From the NCBI GenBank assembly GCA_963751595.1, contig CAVVVC010000002.1, forward strand, positions 135,103 through 199,102: 64,000 bases of DNA, read 5' to 3'. Origin of the DNA: an uncultured Gammaproteobacteria bacterium. GTDB lineage: Bacteria > Pseudomonadota > Gammaproteobacteria > Pseudomonadales > JAHEGP01. Shown here one piece after another: positions 61,592 to 64,000 of this stretch; the first letter of the stretch is position 1, and the number at the start of each line of letters is the position of its first letter. The position numbers and the translations under genes are program-made. The notes beneath the pieces are model-generated. The model did not search any database. It was given only the letters and a program-made list of their open reading frames with translations, and was not told the origin of the DNA.

Positions 61592-63336
61592 CAGTCCCCG
61601 GCCTGCACTTGTGCGGTGGCGTTGAAGCGAACCAGTGTTTCGGTGAGCACCTCGTGCTCGGGGTCCCGGGCATAGCCCTCTTTCCATACGGCGATGGCTT
61701 GCTGTCGCTCGCCGAGTTGCCAGAGCACCTCTCCCAGATGGGCGGCGATTTCGGTATCGGGATAGAGATTGTAGGCGCGCTGGAGATACTCAAGTGCCAG
61801 CGCCAGGTCGCCGACCCGGTACTTCACCCAACCCATTGAATCCAGCACGGTGGGGTCGTTGGGGCTTAATTCCAGTGCCTGTTCGATCAATCGTGTCGCT
61901 TCCGCATAGCGCTGGCTGTGATTGGTAAGAATGTAACCCAGCGCATTCAGGGCACTGGCATTGTCCGGCTCCAGCTCGATGATTTTGCGCAAATCTGCTT
62001 CTGCCCGGGGCAGGTCACCCTGCTTTTCCGCTACCAGCGAGCGGGTGTAGAGCAGGTTGGAGACATCCGGATAGCGTGCCAGGGCTTCCTCCAACAGCTC
62101 CAGCGCCGACTCGGGTTGCCCCCGCTGCGCCAGTATTTCCGCTTCGAGAATATAAAGATCAGGCGCCACCTGGGGATAGTGGCGGCGTTGGTCGGCGTAG
62201 AACCGGCGCAGTTGTGCCTCCTTCCCCTGGGCCAGCATGATCCCCGCGAGTTGGTTCATCGCCGGCAGGAAGTCCTGCCCGGGCCTGACCATTTTGAAGT
62301 GGGTTACTGCGGTTTCCAGTTGGTCGGTTTGCTGGGCCATCACTCCCAGGTAGTAATGTGCTTCAGACTCACGCTCCTGCATCTCCAGCAAGCGCAGGAA
62401 ATAGCGTTCTGCCTCTTCGAACTGCTCCAGTTCGCGATTGATCAAGCCAAGAGAAAAGATGAGGTCGGCATCATCCGGGGCCTGCTGTGACAGGATTTCG
62501 AATTGTTCCCGCGCGGCGGGCAGATCAGATTGGGTAAGCAAACGCGCATACAGCAGCCGCATGCGCCGGTTCTCGGGATGCAGGGCGAGGCTCTCGCGCA
62601 GCAGTGCCATCGCTTCATCGCCGCGCTCCATTTGCTGTAACAAGGTGGCCTCGAGTATTACCGGTTGAGACTCCCCCGGTGCAATGGTGCGTGCTTTTCG
62701 CGCCGTTATCAGGGCCGCTTCCCGGTTGCTGCTCTGTTGCACGATGCTCTTGGCCATCAACAGTTCGACGTCGTCCGGCTGCGCCGCCAGCGCGCGGTCT
62801 ATCGCGCCGAGCAGTGCCTGCTGCTGGGCCTCGGAAAACCGCAGTGACTGGGCAGCGATAGCGGTGTAAGCCGCCTTTCCACCGTAGCCGGCGGATAGCT
62901 GCATCTGGCTGAAAGCCTGGTCCAGCTCACCCTGCTCGGCCAGCGCCAGGGCATGAATGAAATAAGGTTCGGAGTTTTCAGGGTCCAGCTCGATCCACAG
63001 CTCGGCCATCTGGACGGCAACCTCGGTAGCGCCGAGGTACTGCGCCAGGTGCGCGGCCCGTGCCGTCACCTGAATGTCACGCGTCTGCTGCGCCTGGAAA
63101 ACGTAATTCTGCAGGGCGAGTTCGTAATTGTTCTGGTGGCCAGCCATTTCAGCGACCAACAGGTCGTAGAGGGTGTCCGCCGGAATGGGTCGGCTGGGTA
63201 CCGGTTCAGGCTGGGGCACAATGGCTTCCGGTTCCCCCGGGCCCTGGCCCCGGGTGGGTGCCGGATCGTTCTGGTCCAGGCTGCTGCAAGCGGAAATCAT
63301 CAGCCAAAGTGCAGCGATAGCGAAGCGGTGGAACAC
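61591..63336 (-). CDS. Tetratricopeptide-repeat (TPR) lipoprotein
   Basis: It has many TPR units and occupies the conserved position upstream of lolB. A GTG at 63336 gives a lipoprotein-like signal (FAIAALWLMISAC). The ORF stays open to an ATG at 63477, so the start is uncertain. Confidence 0.7.
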   Translation of the reverse strand: MFHRFAIAALWLMISACSSLDQNDPAPTRGQGPGEPEAIVPQPEPVPSRPIPADTLYDLLVAEMAGHQNNYELALQNYVFQAQQTRDIQVTARAAHLAQYLGATEVAVQMAELWIELDPENSEPYFIHALALAEQGELDQAFSQMQLSAGYGGKAAYTAIAAQSLRFSEAQQQALLGAIDRALAAQPDDVELLMAKSIVQQSSNREAALITARKARTIAPGESQPVILEATLLQQMERGDEAMALLRESLALHPENRRMRLLYARLLTQSDLPAAREQFEILSQQAPDDADLIFSLGLINRELEQFEEAERYFLRLLEMQERESEAHYYLGVMAQQTDQLETAVTHFKMVRPGQDFLPAMNQLAGIMLAQGKEAQLRRFYADQRRHYPQVAPDLYILEAEILAQRGQPESALELLEEALARYPDVSNLLYTRSLVAEKQGDLPRAEADLRKIIELEPDNASALNALGYILTNHSQRYAEATRLIEQALELSPNDPTVLDSMGWVKYRVGDLALALEYLQRAYNLYPDTEIAAHLGEVLWQLGERQQAIAVWKEGYARDPEHEVLTETLVRFNATAQVQAGD

Positions 63337-63739
63337 GAAACCCCCCGGGAGGTGAAAGCTCGATAAATGGATGGCGCCCAATATAACCCCGTTGCTGCAG
63401 AGCGTCACTGGAAAAATGGCATCAGCGGGTGCTGTCTCCTGCGTGCAGGACGTGAAAAAGCCCGGTAGCGGGGGCATAGCCTTTACTGGGAGAGAATGCA
63501 GGCCGTTGTCGCTACAATGTCGGTTTGTCGCTTATCGTTGCAGGATTTCGCTGAAGTCGGTTTGGATTTGCTAGAATGGGCCGCTGGCGATCTCCGGGCG
63601 GTCACGCGCGTGTCCGGTTTACTCATTCCTCAAGTGGATTTAATGCTGAATTTGAAGACAATCCAGGCTTCTCGATGTTGCTGTTGGCAATGTCTGCGCG
63701 GCGCTCGTGCACTGATTTCGGTCTACTAGCAGGGCAAAC

Positions 63740-64000
63740 ATGACGTTCTTGGTAGTAGGGATGAACCACAATTCAGCGCCTCTTGCTGTGCGGGAGCAGG
63801 TTGCCATTGCCGGCGAGCAGTTGGTGGATGCCCTGGCCGACGGCCATGCCCAGGGCGGAATCGCCGAGCTGGTGATTCTGTCAACCTGCAATCGCACCGA
63901 GGTATTCTGTCTCCTTGAGGAGGGAGCAGATCCGGATGCGCCACTGTCCTGGCTGGGGCGCTATCATCATCTGCAGGTGCCGGAGCTGGCGAGTTATTGT
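63740..64000 (+). CDS. hemA: Glutamyl-tRNA reductase HemA, 3'-truncated by the window edge
   Basis: The ATG at 63740 gives MTFLVVGMNHNSAPLAVREQV... with the catalytic-Cys motif STCNRTEV. It is divergent from the lolB operon, as in E. coli and pseudomonads. Confidence 0.9.
   Translation, partial: MTFLVVGMNHNSAPLAVREQVAIAGEQLVDALADGHAQGGIAELVILSTCNRTEVFCLLEEGADPDAPLSWLGRYHHLQVPELASYC

Overview
This is a GC-rich gammaproteobacterial chromosomal segment. It consists almost entirely of conserved housekeeping and cell-envelope genes in Pseudomonas/Cellvibrionales-like synteny. On the plus strand: rodA(partial)-mltB-rlpA-dacA-ybeD-lipB-lipA, an AstE/AspA-family protein, uup and ppk2. On the minus strand: a Prx5-Grx hybrid, holA-lptE-leuS and lnt-corC-ybeY-phoH-miaB. 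These are followed by a DUF1820 protein, an aminotransferase, prpE, a PilZ protein, an OprO/P-type porin and lon. Next comes an envelope block (DUF748, OmpA-TSP3, MscS, DUF481, LEA_2 lipoprotein), then an alpha/beta hydrolase with recC-recB-recD, an AAE transporter, a UbiA-family prenyltransferase, DUF2784, a TonB-dependent receptor and a SYLF protein. The window ends with the minus-strand block TPR-lolB-ispE-tRNA-Gln-prs-rplY-pth-ychF-tRNA-Met, divergent from hemA (partial). The only clearly accessory DNA is one IS1182-family insertion sequence. It lies inside the target duplication of a small MITE-like element just after lon, and a second, longer copy of that element sits about 18 kb upstream. 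Two large genes, recC and a DUF748 AsmA-like gene, are each split into two overlapping ORFs by an apparent +1 frameshift. I saw no CRISPR array, prophage, toxin-antitoxin pair, recognisable defence island or biosynthetic cluster, and no convincing novel multi-gene system. The most unusual items are the unclassified MITE with its nested IS, the two frameshifts, a PPK2 with a histone-H1-like Lys/Ala repeat tail, several long Pro/Ala/Glu-rich low-complexity insertions, and a GTGA-coupled mscS/DUF481 pair. All calls rest on reading the translations and sequence by eye; no database search was run.
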